A DNA stretch of 63,992 nucleotides, the filler included, from Stramenopiles sp. TOSAG23-2 (lineage: Eukaryota): assembly GCA_900128395.1 (NCBI GenBank). It is 5 parts of 5 records of this genome, joined end to end, with 100 filler letters (N's around TTAATTAATTAA, not from the genome) between each part and the next. Parts side by side here need not be neighbours in the genome. Positions count along the whole stretch, not along the records: positions 1 to 12,839 come from LT649832.1; positions 12,940 to 25,742 come from LT649833.1; 3 more parts are not named here. One strand, given 5' to 3'. Shown piece by piece: positions 1-13,398 of this stretch. A model generated the notes under the pieces. It ran no database searches, was not told where the DNA came from, and saw only the letters and a list, made by a program, of their open reading frames with translations. How positions within the stretch are numbered: position 1 is the stretch's first letter; every line of letters starts with the position of its first letter. The position numbers and the translations under genes are program-made.

Positions 1-354
1 ATAGTAGTACGCTTAAAACCAATAGCATAGACACAAGGGGTGTTATTTTCAATTTCGCATTTCGATTTGGAATATTCTCACTGAGAACTATAATTGATTT
101 TATTTTGTAATTTGTAATTTATTTTATTTTGTAATTTTGAAATCTCCGCCGTTCTTTATTATAGCGATAACAAAGCACAACATTGGAAATTTAAATTCAC
201 TTTTATCCAGTGCGACGTTTTTATTAAAAAAAAATTAATAAATTTGTAATTTAATAATAATTTCATCCTCTCAGTGAGAATATTCCAAATCGAAATGCGA
301 AATTGAAAATAACACCCCTTGTGTCTATGCTATTGGTTTTAAGCGTACTACTAT
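1..354. repeat. Perfect 86-bp inverted repeat (1-86 / 269-354) with 182-bp spacer
   Basis: 1-86 is the exact reverse complement of 269-354; the left arm runs to the window edge. Confidence 0.95.
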
Positions 355-1534
355 GCTAGCATATATCTACCATCGACACAGCATGGCCTACGATCCAATT
401 TTGCCAGTGAGGAATCGTGATTAATGACCAACAAGAGGAGCCAGTTAGCACGAGAAGTGTATAAATTATTATTATAACACTTAGATTTTAACCACGTCAT
501 GTTAATCTTTATATTTTTTTAAAAAAATAATTAATAAAATATTTGCGGCGCGCTATATTATTTTTACACAGAGCACACCCTTATCATTTTATAATTATAA
601 AATACCGCGTACATTTACTTTAAATATATTTTAATGCGATATTCGTAATATGTATATAATATTACATTATTGTGTGTGTGTGTGTTTTTTTTTTTTTTAT
701 TGAACCGATTAGCCCCACTCCACATAAGTCAATGATTTGTTTATTTTTGAAACAGTTGTTGAATCTTTTAAATCTTCATTTTTTGATAACCATAACATTG
801 TCTCAACAAAAGTCTCATAATCAATATTATTTGTTGAATTCGATAAACGGATCACTAGTTTTCTTTTTTTCCAATGCTAAAGTTGGTGTATTGATTCCAT
901 CATATAATATTTTATAATTGCTCATGTTTTGTTTGCATTCTCTATATTTTTCTTTGGTATATAACATATAAATTATGCAATGTGTATATGTTGTATACAG
1001 TAATTGTATTTACTATAGATTAAGATGTGTTCATATATCCTATGCACCACGGTGAAGAATAATATAAAAAAAATTATATATATTTCATGTGGTGAAATTA
1101 AAACGGATTTTATGTGTGGGGGGCAGGCCAGCAGGGGGAAGGGCGGTAATTTTTAAGGAACTTTGTCAGAAGTATTGGAACCTTAAATAAGAAATTTCAG
1201 GATGTTATATTCCTCGTATACCTGGTATTAGTATAGATGTAAAAGATGCGGTCGACGTCAATAATCAATAATGTGGTGGTGGAGCGTGAGCAAAAAAGAG
1301 ACCAGGTGTATGTGTGTATAAAATTATAAGATTTTTTGGTTGTTAAATTTGTTGTTCGTACACTTCGAATCCATACCATTAAATATATTTCAGGATATAC
1401 TACATCATTTCAAAACAAAGAGCCGTCAAGATACAAATACATTTATCATCATTCTATTACCTTCTTGCCACATCTTTACAGAATCAAGTAAGGAAGGGAG
1501 AAAAACAAAAACAAATTAAACAAAATAATAAATA

Positions 1535-4072
1535 ATGGAAGCACCTTTACCGACTATTAAAGATCTTGTTTTAATTGGAGGCGGGCATTCACATGTTTTT
1601 GTATTAAAGAAATTCGGTATGAAACCAGAACCGGGGGTTAAATTGACATTAATTACACGCGACATTATGACCCCATATTCAGGGATGCTTCCTGGTCATG
1701 TAGCTGGACATTACACATATGAAGAATGTCACGTTGATTTAAGGCCATTATCCAAATTTGCAGATGCTCGTTTTATACATGCGGAGGCAAATGGTATTGA
1801 CACGGTGGAGAAAAAAATTTACATAAAAACAAGTGATGGGATTCCTCGTCCACCTATTTCATATGATGTATTAAGTATTGATATTGGAATATCACCAACA
1901 AAAATATCTTCTCGAATGGATATGGAACAAGAATCAAATAATACAAAATATACTTACTCCTCATCCATTACGCCGGTAAAACCTATCAACACCTTTTCAA
2001 GCCGGTGGAACAATATCACCAAACGTGTCACTACTAGTAATGTTGCAGCAAATATTGTTGTTGTTGGAGGTGGTGCAGGTGGAATTGAATTAACGTTAGC
2101 TATGCAATATAAACTTTTACAACTTTGTAAAGGTCGAAAGAAAGAGACATTGCCAAAATTTACAATTTTAACACGGGGGGACAATATTTTATCATCTCAT
2201 AATAGAAGAGTCAGGGCAACATTTAGGCGTATTTTAAAAGATAGGAAGATACGAGTGTTGCCTAATAGTGAAGTTTTGAAATCAATTTATGAATACAATG
2301 ATGATAATGATGATGGTGAAAATAACAATAGTATCAGAAGATCATCGAGATTTAAAAAATCAAGTAACAACAAAAATCAGCAAAAACGTGCGTTCCTTTT
2401 ATGTAAAAATGGTGAAAAATATATTTACGATGAATGTATATGGTGCACAAGTGCAGCTGCGCAAAAATGGTTGAAAGACAATACCCAATTAGCATTAGAT
2501 GATTATGGATTTATTGCCGTAAAAGATACATTGGAATCTACAAATTCAAATGATGTTTTTGCTGCTGGAGATATTGCTGCTGTTTTGAAATATCCAAGAC
2601 CAAAGGCTGGGGTATTTGCTGTTAGACAAGGGCCACCATTAGCGGATAATTTAAGATATCGATTACGTGGTGAGGCCACGATACCATTTGTACCGCAAAA
2701 AGAATTTTTAGGTTTAATAAGTACTGGTGATAAATATGCTATTGCATCTAGAGGTTGCTGGTCATTTTCTGGCGCATATTTATGGTATATCAAAGATTGG
2801 ATTGATCGTACATGGATGGATAAGTATACGAAATTACCCGATATGGCATTAGCAGCTGAGAAGGCACAAGCGGCAAAAGGTCATCCGGCTGTTGCGATTG
2901 CAGCTGGCTCGAATGCGATTAACGTTTTATCACATGTAGCAATGCGATGCGGTGGATGTGGTTCTAAAATTGGTGCGCCTATATTGTCACGTGTAATGAA
3001 AAGGTTGCGAAGTGAAATTGTTATTCATCCTGATGTTATTATAGGTTTAGATGCACCAGATGATGCTGCTGTAGTCAGAGGTATTGGTAAAAATAAGACT
3101 GCTGTACATACGGTTGATTTTTTCCGCTCTTTTATTGATGATCCATTTACATTTGGCCGTATAGCGGCCAATCATGCATTGAGTGATTGCCATGCAATGT
3201 GTGCAGAGCCATGCACAGCATTAGCTATTGCTACTGTCCCATTTGCAGTAGAAGATAAAGTGGAAGAGACACTTTACCAAATGATGTCAGGTGCTTGTTT
3301 GGCATTAAAAGAATCTGGTTGTGCATTAGTTGGTGGGCATAGTGCTGAAGGACCTGAATTATCTTTAGGCTTTGCTGTAAATGGAGTTGCAGATGCAAAG
3401 GATGTATTACGTAAAGAAGGTTTAAAGATTGGTCATAAAATTATCATTACTAAAGCTGTTGGTACTGGAGTCATATTTGCTGCAGAGATGCGTGGTAAAG
3501 TTAATGGCCTTGCAGTGGATGATGCCATTAAAATGATGTGCAAGTCAAATAGAAATGCAGCCTTATGTTTACGTGATCATGGTTGTAAATCATGCACAGA
3601 TGTAACTGGTTTTGGTGTTTTAGGACATTTAGTCGAAATGGTAAATGCTTCTGAAGCTGTTTCTGTTAGACTTGACTTACATAAAGTTCCATTTTTGAAC
3701 GGTGCCATAGAATGTGTTGAGAAGAAAATATTTTCTTCGCTGCAACCACAAAATATCAGATTGCGCCGTGCAATTGATACAGATAGTCAAAGAAATGCAT
3801 CAAAGTTTCCTGAATATTCATTATTGTTTGATCCACAAACTGCTGGGGGATTGCTATGTGGTGTACCTGCAAATAAAGTCTCTGCCTGTTTAAAAAAGCT
3901 TCATGAGCTTGGATATGAATCTTCAACTGTGATTGGGGAAGTCATTTCCTCTGTTGGTGTACAAGCTGGTGGTGCAATTATAATTGATACAGACGGTATG
4001 GCAAATAAAACGTTATATGGAGTTTTAGATGATGGGATTAATGAATCATCATCTTTATTGGGTAGATTATAA
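1535..4072 (+). CDS. selD: Selenide, water dikinase (selenophosphate synthetase) fused to an N-terminal FAD-dependent pyridine nucleotide-disulphide oxidoreductase domain
   Basis: N-terminal LVLIGGGHSH, VVGGGAGGIE and VFAAGD FAD/NAD motifs; C-terminal MRCGGCGSK, DDAAV, TVDFF, ANHALSD, GGHS, TDVTGFGVLGHL and DPQTAGGLL SelD motifs. Confidence 0.95.
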   Translation: MEAPLPTIKDLVLIGGGHSHVFVLKKFGMKPEPGVKLTLITRDIMTPYSGMLPGHVAGHYTYEECHVDLRPLSKFADARFIHAEANGIDTVEKKIYIKTSDGIPRPPISYDVLSIDIGISPTKISSRMDMEQESNNTKYTYSSSITPVKPINTFSSRWNNITKRVTTSNVAANIVVVGGGAGGIELTLAMQYKLLQLCKGRKKETLPKFTILTRGDNILSSHNRRVRATFRRILKDRKIRVLPNSEVLKSIYEYNDDNDDGENNNSIRRSSRFKKSSNNKNQQKRAFLLCKNGEKYIYDECIWCTSAAAQKWLKDNTQLALDDYGFIAVKDTLESTNSNDVFAAGDIAAVLKYPRPKAGVFAVRQGPPLADNLRYRLRGEATIPFVPQKEFLGLISTGDKYAIASRGCWSFSGAYLWYIKDWIDRTWMDKYTKLPDMALAAEKAQAAKGHPAVAIAAGSNAINVLSHVAMRCGGCGSKIGAPILSRVMKRLRSEIVIHPDVIIGLDAPDDAAVVRGIGKNKTAVHTVDFFRSFIDDPFTFGRIAANHALSDCHAMCAEPCTALAIATVPFAVEDKVEETLYQMMSGACLALKESGCALVGGHSAEGPELSLGFAVNGVADAKDVLRKEGLKIGHKIIITKAVGTGVIFAAEMRGKVNGLAVDDAIKMMCKSNRNAALCLRDHGCKSCTDVTGFGVLGHLVEMVNASEAVSVRLDLHKVPFLNGAIECVEKKIFSSLQPQNIRLRRAIDTDSQRNASKFPEYSLLFDPQTAGGLLCGVPANKVSACLKKLHELGYESSTVIGEVISSVGVQAGGAIIIDTDGMANKTLYGVLDDGINESSSLLGRL

Positions 4073-4689
4073 AAAATGTTTGATACACACACACACACAC
4101 ATACGCACGCACGCACGTACACAGTAAATGTGTTTTTTTACCCCACAAAATCGTATTATTTTAAATTAAAATATCAATCATATGCACATATATAATAATT
4201 TAAGTATAAAAATAAGAAATTGGTTTTTAATGCATTATGCATTATAAAAATGTTTGATATATCATAATATCAATCCAGCAATATCATATGATACAGGTAC
4301 ATGTAAAATATACTGTAATGATGGTTATTAATAAATAATTATACTGTAGTAGTACTGTATACGATGCGATGGCATGGGTGTAAATTTGTTATTATAATTT
4401 TAAGTATTATATTTAATTTATTTACTTGTATTAATTTAGTATATTTTCTTATATTGTTATTTAATTATTTTATCTATTTGAATTTTACTTCATCACATCT
4501 ATACTCGTACATCTATGTACTAGTATATAAATTGTTCATATTGTTGTAGTAAAAAAAAATAATAATAATAATATGACTAGATATATATATTGAATATATT
4601 TTTAACTACAAAATAATTAATAAACTTCAACAAAAAAGAAACCACAGAAGGTATTTATGATTTCCAACAAAAAAAAAATTTAAAGTAAG

Positions 4690-6156
4690 ATGACGAGATA
4701 TGATTTTAAACATAAAATATTTTGGCTAATATTTATTATATTTAGTATAACAATTAATAAATGTAAATCTTCTTCAAACTTAAAAGATGATAAATATAGA
4801 AAAGAATATACAATAGAAAAATTGCGTAAACAAGCCTTGCAACTAGGAAAAATTGGACAACTAAAAGAAGCAGTAGAAGTTTTTAAGTCAATATTAGATA
4901 AAAAATTGGAGAACGAAGAGATTAAAAGTGATGTTAAGCTATTGAATAATGCTGGCGTTGCACAAATGAAATATGGGCTACAACTATTGGCCGAGTCAGA
5001 AAAGCACTTCCAAAAAGGGTTAAAAGTAGATCCATCTTATACTAAAGCTGCTAAAAATTTAAAACGTGTACAACAAATCTTACAGTCTAAAATAATAGAA
5101 CCAAAATCAGGGGGAAAAGGGAACATGTATTCTTCTACATCAAACATGGCATCAAAACGTATAGAAAAGAACTTTTCTATAAAGACGTTGAAGAAGTATT
5201 TTCAAAATTGGCTTTTTGAAAATGATATGAAGCAAAAAGTTACAATAGCAATGGGATCAAGAAAGCCAATACAGATACGAAATGCCTTAAAAAAAGATTT
5301 TGCAGATAAAATACATAAAGAATTATTTGATTCTCAATCATATTATGTTCGTGAAGGATATCGTTCCCTGTATCAATTCCATTTCTCTGCATTTTATAAT
5401 AATGATATTGATGAATTTGTAAAGCATCCGAATTTGTCTTTGTTACATGATATGTTAGCTAGTGATTACGTCTTTGATTGGATCAGTGATGTAAGTGCTA
5501 GTGATGTTGATCATTTAGTAACAAGTGCAAGTTTATACCGTCCTGGAGATTATGTAATGCCACATACTGATATCAATTACGATGCTGATACTCGTACAAA
5601 ACGGCGTGTAGCATATATATTACATATGGCATCTCAATGGAAATCAACGTTTGGTGGTGAGTTGATCATGATGAATCCAATAACACCCATAGCCCCGATG
5701 TACAATGCCATCACATTATTTCCAGTATCCTCATCTAGCTATCATTTTGTTGCTCCTGTTGCACGAAATGTTCCATATCCAAAATACAAAAGGCTTGCCG
5801 TTTCTGGTTGGTTCCAAACGACTAATTTGGAACAAGCTGAATATATGGAAACATTAGGTGACAATGATTTGACAAGATATCAACAATTTTCAATTGATGG
5901 GAAAACAGGTGCAAATTTATTGCCAACGCCAGAAATGAATGATAACGATTTAGAAACTAGCCTGAAACAAGGACCTATTTATGTTGATCAGGAATATGAA
6001 GATGATGAGGATGAATGGAATAAATGTGTTGGTGATAATGTAAATAATAATTGTCACAACGGTAAAGTAATTGATCAAGCTAGTGATGCTTTTGAAATTT
6101 TTGATGGTCAAAATGACTATGGGCAATTTTTAAATGGGAAGGATGAGCAAATTTAG
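4690..6156 (+). CDS. Signal-peptide, TPR-containing 2OG-Fe(II) oxygenase (Tpa1/OGFOD1-like hydroxylase domain)
   Basis: Hydrophobic N-terminus, TPR-like helices (LNNAGVA...KGLKVDPSY), YRPGDY-x-x-PHTD, RRVAYILH, GGEL, YHFVAPV, KRLAVSGWF. Confidence 0.8.
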   Translation: MTRYDFKHKIFWLIFIIFSITINKCKSSSNLKDDKYRKEYTIEKLRKQALQLGKIGQLKEAVEVFKSILDKKLENEEIKSDVKLLNNAGVAQMKYGLQLLAESEKHFQKGLKVDPSYTKAAKNLKRVQQILQSKIIEPKSGGKGNMYSSTSNMASKRIEKNFSIKTLKKYFQNWLFENDMKQKVTIAMGSRKPIQIRNALKKDFADKIHKELFDSQSYYVREGYRSLYQFHFSAFYNNDIDEFVKHPNLSLLHDMLASDYVFDWISDVSASDVDHLVTSASLYRPGDYVMPHTDINYDADTRTKRRVAYILHMASQWKSTFGGELIMMNPITPIAPMYNAITLFPVSSSSYHFVAPVARNVPYPKYKRLAVSGWFQTTNLEQAEYMETLGDNDLTRYQQFSIDGKTGANLLPTPEMNDNDLETSLKQGPIYVDQEYEDDEDEWNKCVGDNVNNNCHNGKVIDQASDAFEIFDGQNDYGQFLNGKDEQI

Positions 6157-6629
6157 ACTCTTTTTTTGTAAAATACGAGTGTGTATATAATACGAGTACA
6201 TATATATATAAATACATGTACTCATACGAAGTTCGTATTTTAAAAATTTAATACTCGTATACACAGCAGTATTTTTTTTTACGAGTTATTTTAATTTATT
6301 TTTTTAAATTTTACTCAGAAATTGTTTATTCTTATTCTTATGATATCATACTCTAATACAATAAGTGAGGCAATAAATTAAAATATCTATCTCACACTAT
6401 AGTGTGTTAATATTTTCATCAGAAGAGAATACCAAATGAAGGTAAAATGATGGCATCAACTTCCAGTTGATATAAATCTTCTTAAACTTTATCATAAAAA
6501 CAAAAGTAATTTCATATCTTGGTATATTCTCAAAAAAAACGATACATACACTGCAAATAATCGTGCGCATCAAATATTTGATATTATACTGCTGGTATAA
6601 TATATATATACTAATACCTGATGTGGTTT

Positions 6630-8127
6630 TTACAAACGTGATTGCATACCTGGCACACCCATTGCACGGGATGGTGCACGGCGTTTTGGTTGTTTTCCAC
6701 CCCATTCAGCTGGTTTTCTATACGCAGTAACAACAACATTACCCCCTAAACCAAGATTGTGTTGAAGAGCAACTTTTGCACCTTTCACTTGGCGTGGGCC
6801 ACATTCTCCCCGCAATTGCCAATTTAACTCAGCACATTGTGCAACACCAGTAGCACCTAATGGATGGCCTTTAGAGATAAGTCCGCCAGATGGATTCACG
6901 ACAAATTTACCACCAAAAGTATTGTTACCAGAATCAACAAGTTTATGTCCTTCACCTTCTTTTGCTAATCCAATAGCTTCGTATGTCAACAATTCGTTGC
7001 AACTAAAGCAATCATGAAGTTCAACTACTTGCACATCGTTAGCGGTAATGCCGGCTTGTGCATATACATCTTGAGCAGCTGATTTGGCCATGTCGAAACC
7101 AACAGATTTAATGCAAGAATCTGGTGCATTTTTTTCCCATGCAGTTGCCATGTCAGTTTTCATTGCTTGGCCAATGATCTCAACGGCATTTCCTTCCAAG
7201 CCATGTTTTTTCACGAAATCTTCGGAGCAGAGGATCGCAGCTGCTGCACCATCACTTGTTGGTGAGCATTGTAATTTTGTCAATGGAGCATAGATCATAC
7301 GACTTGCCTTGATCTCATCATGTGTATATTGATCACGGAATTGAGAGTATGGATTATTAATGGAATGACGATGATTCTTTTCACCAATAGCTGCAAAATG
7401 GTCTGGATTCGAGCCGTACATTTCATTGTGTTCACGTCCTGCATTGCCAAACATTTGTGGATTGATTGGAGCAGCAGCAATTGGGAATTTTGAAACCATA
7501 GCAGCCAATTGACCATCCATGGAATTGGCTTTCCTTGGTCCTTTTGGTCCTTTTGTTGCATCTGCTGCACCAAGTGGTCCTGGTTTCATGATATCAACAC
7601 CAACTGCAAGACAACATTCGTTCATACCACCAGCAACGAAACTTCTCATCATGAATAAAGCATTTGAACCAGTTGCGCATGCACTTTTCAATATTCATCA
7701 AAATTTAAATGACATGAAGAAGACGAAGGGGCTTGTTAGTTACTTGTCGCACAATATAGAACGAGCATATATATTATGAGAAGAAAACGATACTATAATA
7801 TAATATGTACAGTATGTAAAGATTATCTACTTACTTTGCAACATTGAAAATAGGAATACCATCCATACCCATTTCATACAATGCACGTTGTCCCATACCA
7901 GTTGAGAATACTGAACCAACCGAAGCAGCTTCAATATCTTTGAAGGACAAATCGCAATCATCCAATGCACGGTTTACAGCGGTTGATACATATTCTGGAT
8001 AATCTGGATCATCTGCAGTAAATTTCTTTAAAGGTTTACGGAAACGTGTCATACCAACGCCGACAACAAATACACGTCTACCTTTTTTAGTAGCTTGGCT
8101 TGCTTGTGAAGAATTAACTTGCGACAT
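6630..8127 (-). CDS. SCPx-type (SCP2-thiolase) peroxisomal thiolase, 2 exons (8127-7835, 7683-6630), 448 aa, PTS1 SRL
   Basis: VFVVGVGMT; splicing restores NVANACATGS; ELHDCFS, NPSGGLISKGHPLGATG, LQHNLGLGG. GT-AG intron at 7834-7684 keeps frame. Confidence 0.93.
7684..7834 (-). other. Spliceosomal intron, 151 nt, not similar to the repeated intron family
   Basis: GTAAGT donor, AACTAAC branch-like motif, AAAG acceptor; removal restores the catalytic Cys motif. Confidence 0.9.
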
Positions 8128-9527
8128 AATTTATGACTTTTTTTGTTTTATAGTTTTATCGTTTTTTTTTAATTGATTTTGTTTCTGTTTCTTTCTTTTG
8201 TTTTGTTTTAGATATATATTTCTCTTTCTGTAGACTATATATAAATATCTTTTATCTATATACTATATATATTTTGTAATGGTCTTACGCACTTAGTAAT
8301 ATATTATCTTTTTTTTGTAATAAAATTCTTCCTTTTGTGGCTTTAGATGATAAGACGGAGATAATTGCATAGGAATAGCATAATAATAGAGTTGTAGAGT
8401 AAGGTTCAAGCGGAACGAAATTTTCTGAGCGTCGTGTGTTCCGACTATCAAAATATGCCGATTATTGATATTTTAAACATAAAAATATCCGATTTAATTT
8501 TGTAAAGTGGAATTTCATAGTTGTTTATTTTTTTTAAAAAAATGAAATCACAAATTCCTTAGTATATATAGTACGTGCGTACATCAGTTCTTCAACGCAC
8601 CAACCAGACGGTTTCATCAGCACACCACACCGCACCATGCAGACCAAAAAATATATAACAATTCTATGTAATGTGTACACAATGTATAATACACACTTTT
8701 AAGTGCAAAAAAGGCACAAAGATATAAAGATATATACATTGTAATACTATTTTTATACATATCGTCATATATATATATATATATATAATTTATTAAAAAT
8801 AATATGAACTCCGCCTGGTGAAAGATCGCAGCTCGTTTAGTCCAGTTTGAAATATAATATATATATATATATGAAGTGTATATGTGTGTGGTGTATGTGA
8901 GTGTAAATATATATATCGGAATGTTACGATTCATTGTCCATCTTTCAGTTTAGTGAGATGGATATTAAAAATTCTCTTATTTACATTATTAATAAATTTT
9001 AAAATTTATGTGTGTAGAGCTATACTCGCTAAAAAAAAAAACTGTCGAGATGGATATTATTGCCTCCAGTTATTGTATTCTGGTATTCTTAATATGGGCC
9101 AAAGAGAAGAAGGTGTGTGTATTTTGTACTTACATTACTAACACTACTATTTTTGACTCCTATCATCATTACATCCATGCCACTATGCCACTATGCCACT
9201 ATAATAGGATAGAGCTAGTCGACTACGAGGATCCTCGTATGTAATACAGTACAGTACAGTATGTAAAGAACTAATGATGGTCCACTATAATACTGACTGG
9301 TCCACGATTTTTCAAGTGATGATAACTGGATAGACGCCCTCGTCTTCTACGTTCTACGTCTTGCTTCCACCACAAAAAACTATACAATGTAGTAGCATTA
9401 TATAATAGCAACAATGTGCCAATAGACATTCCTCCCTAAATTCACTAAAATATCATGAAACAACCATACAAATCAGAACCCACGCAAGAAACAAGAACCA
9501 AATTACAAATCAAAGCAATCAGACTAA

Positions 9528-11321
<1,794 letters not shown>

Positions 11322-11929
11322 AAAAGGAAAAGAAATAAACAAATGCGCAGATGCAATTACAAAACGAACTATATTTTCGTCGTTGTTTTTCGATTTTACT
11401 TCAAGGGAATTTTTTTTAGTAGAAAACAGAAGTGTCTTGGAAAAATATCTTTTAACTCATTTGTCTTGCTGGAGTAATAGAAATGATATATGTAATATAT
11501 ATATTATATATATTTAATATATAATATGCATAGTGGTATTTGATATGATATTTGATTATCATATTAGATTTTTTTATTTTTCATCTTTTCACATGGGTTC
11601 ATATATTCTTTTATTAAAATCATTTAATAAAATATAATATGGCTATGAGATATCCAAAAAAATATTTTTTTTATATATAATATATTATGATGTCCAGATA
11701 TCTATATTAGAAAGAGAGGAAAGTTTAATAAAAATGTATTTCACTTTAAAGACAAAAAAAAGTGTGAAATATTATCGACGGGAGATATATGTTTTTGTAT
11801 ATTTGTATGATAGATTGTGTGTGTTGAAAAATGTAAAAAATACTTGGAAAAAATTTTTTTGTAAAAAATTTTTTTTACGTAATATTTTTGCATTTTATAC
11901 ATACGCACACACGCCCATACAATTATATT

Positions 11930-12754
11930 TTAATATATATCTCTCAGATAATATTTTAACTTTTCATATAATTCAAAACCAACTGCCATACCAATCGCTA
12001 CTCTTGTAGTTCCCCATCCCACACGCAATCGTCCTTGTAAAGAAGAAAGTGGACGCGATTCATTCATTACATCTGTTTTTAAATCTGAAAAAATTTTTAA
12101 AATACTAGGACTTGGTAAACCGGATGCTCCAGCAGCATATTTCATATTTCTTGCATAATTAAATGGTGAAGAAAATATTGTTCCTGCCCCTCCAGCTATA
12201 ACTGAAGCATACATTCTTTCAATCCTTGTTGAATTCTCATTAGTCATATTATACCTGATGCCAGCAAACAAACTACCAAAAACGGCATCTCTACACATTG
12301 TAGTGCCTGTTCCATTTAGAAAAGTTTTTAAACCATTTTTTCTTATAAGCATTTTTGCGGTTTCTACTGTGGAAATTTCAGATCCCCAGTTACCGTATTT
12401 AATTACACATAGACTATTCAATAAAATACCACTAGTTATACCGGCGAAATTACCAGAAACTATTGGAACCAGGTTATCACTTAAAGGCAAAAATTTGGAG
12501 ACGGGTCGCAAATAAAAATCATATAGCGGAAAATATAATCCAGAACTTAACGTGCGTTGTAGCATTCCGTTTAAAAATCCCTGATAAGGATTTCTCCAAC
12601 ATGTTTTATCAAAAAATGGAATACGATCTCTCACTGATATATACAATGCCCTATCCCAAGGTGAAAAGAAACCAGCAATAACACTGCCAGCAACAATCCC
12701 TGCTACAAAATTCGTCACTTCATTTTTTGGTATGTCTTCGTCCATCGAAGTCAT
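11930..12754 (-). CDS. Mitochondrial carrier (SLC25) family protein, divergent
   Basis: 274 aa, three-repeat layout with SPWDRA and SPFNYAR signature variants and G-rich helices. Confidence 0.75.
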   Translation of the reverse strand: MTSMDEDIPKNEVTNFVAGIVAGSVIAGFFSPWDRALYISVRDRIPFFDKTCWRNPYQGFLNGMLQRTLSSGLYFPLYDFYLRPVSKFLPLSDNLVPIVSGNFAGITSGILLNSLCVIKYGNWGSEISTVETAKMLIRKNGLKTFLNGTGTTMCRDAVFGSLFAGIRYNMTNENSTRIERMYASVIAGGAGTIFSSPFNYARNMKYAAGASGLPSPSILKIFSDLKTDVMNESRPLSSLQGRLRVGWGTTRVAIGMAVGFELYEKLKYYLRDIY

Positions 12755-12839
12755 AACCTATCTATCTATAGTCTATCTATAATTATACACAAGTATCGAT
12801 ATATACAACGTTCTATGAATAATAATAGCGTATATATAT

Positions 12840-12939
12840 NNNNNNNNNNNNNNNNNNNNNNNNNNNNNNNNNNNNNNNNNNNNTTAATTAATTAANNNNN
12901 NNNNNNNNNNNNNNNNNNNNNNNNNNNNNNNNNNNNNNN
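12840..12939. other. Artificial contig spacer (44 N + TTAATTAATTAA + 44 N)
   Basis: Six-frame stop linker embedded in Ns; four identical copies in the window. Confidence 0.97.
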
Positions 12940-13209
12940 TTTCAATTTTCCATCCTTACGGGAGGGCACCTCAATAACTGTCCCTCTACTTCCTTGTTTA
13001 AATGTTGCATTACCTGTTGTATAGATATAAATGTGATACGAAAAATTTATGTGTGCGTTTGATTTTTTATATACGACGTATGTATTACGAGTATATATAT
13101 GTGTATACGTCGTATTATCATATTATTTTTTAAAAAATTAAAAATTCTAATAATATGATGAAGTGTTAAAATCTAAAAGTTATCATATATTTATATTTAC
13201 TATTATATT

Positions 13210-13317
13210 ATAATTTTACTTCCCGTGGTAAATAATATGCTAAATACTCAATCTCAGGAATAATATTTCAATAGTGAAGCTCTAATGCACGTCTGCAAAC
13301 TAATACTCCACAAGCAC
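13210..13317. repeat. Dispersed non-coding repeat, copy 1 (related to 58169-58460)
   Basis: Identical 19-mer ATAATTTTACTTCCCGTGG plus shared CTCAATCT and AAGCTCT.ATGC...GCAA.CTAATACTC...AAGCAC blocks. Confidence 0.75.
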
Positions 13318-13398
13318 GCGAGTAAATTTTAATTTTTTTGTTGTCGTCTGACCCCTCCTCTTTCGAATTCATTTATACTAAAAAAAAACCTCCTTCTT

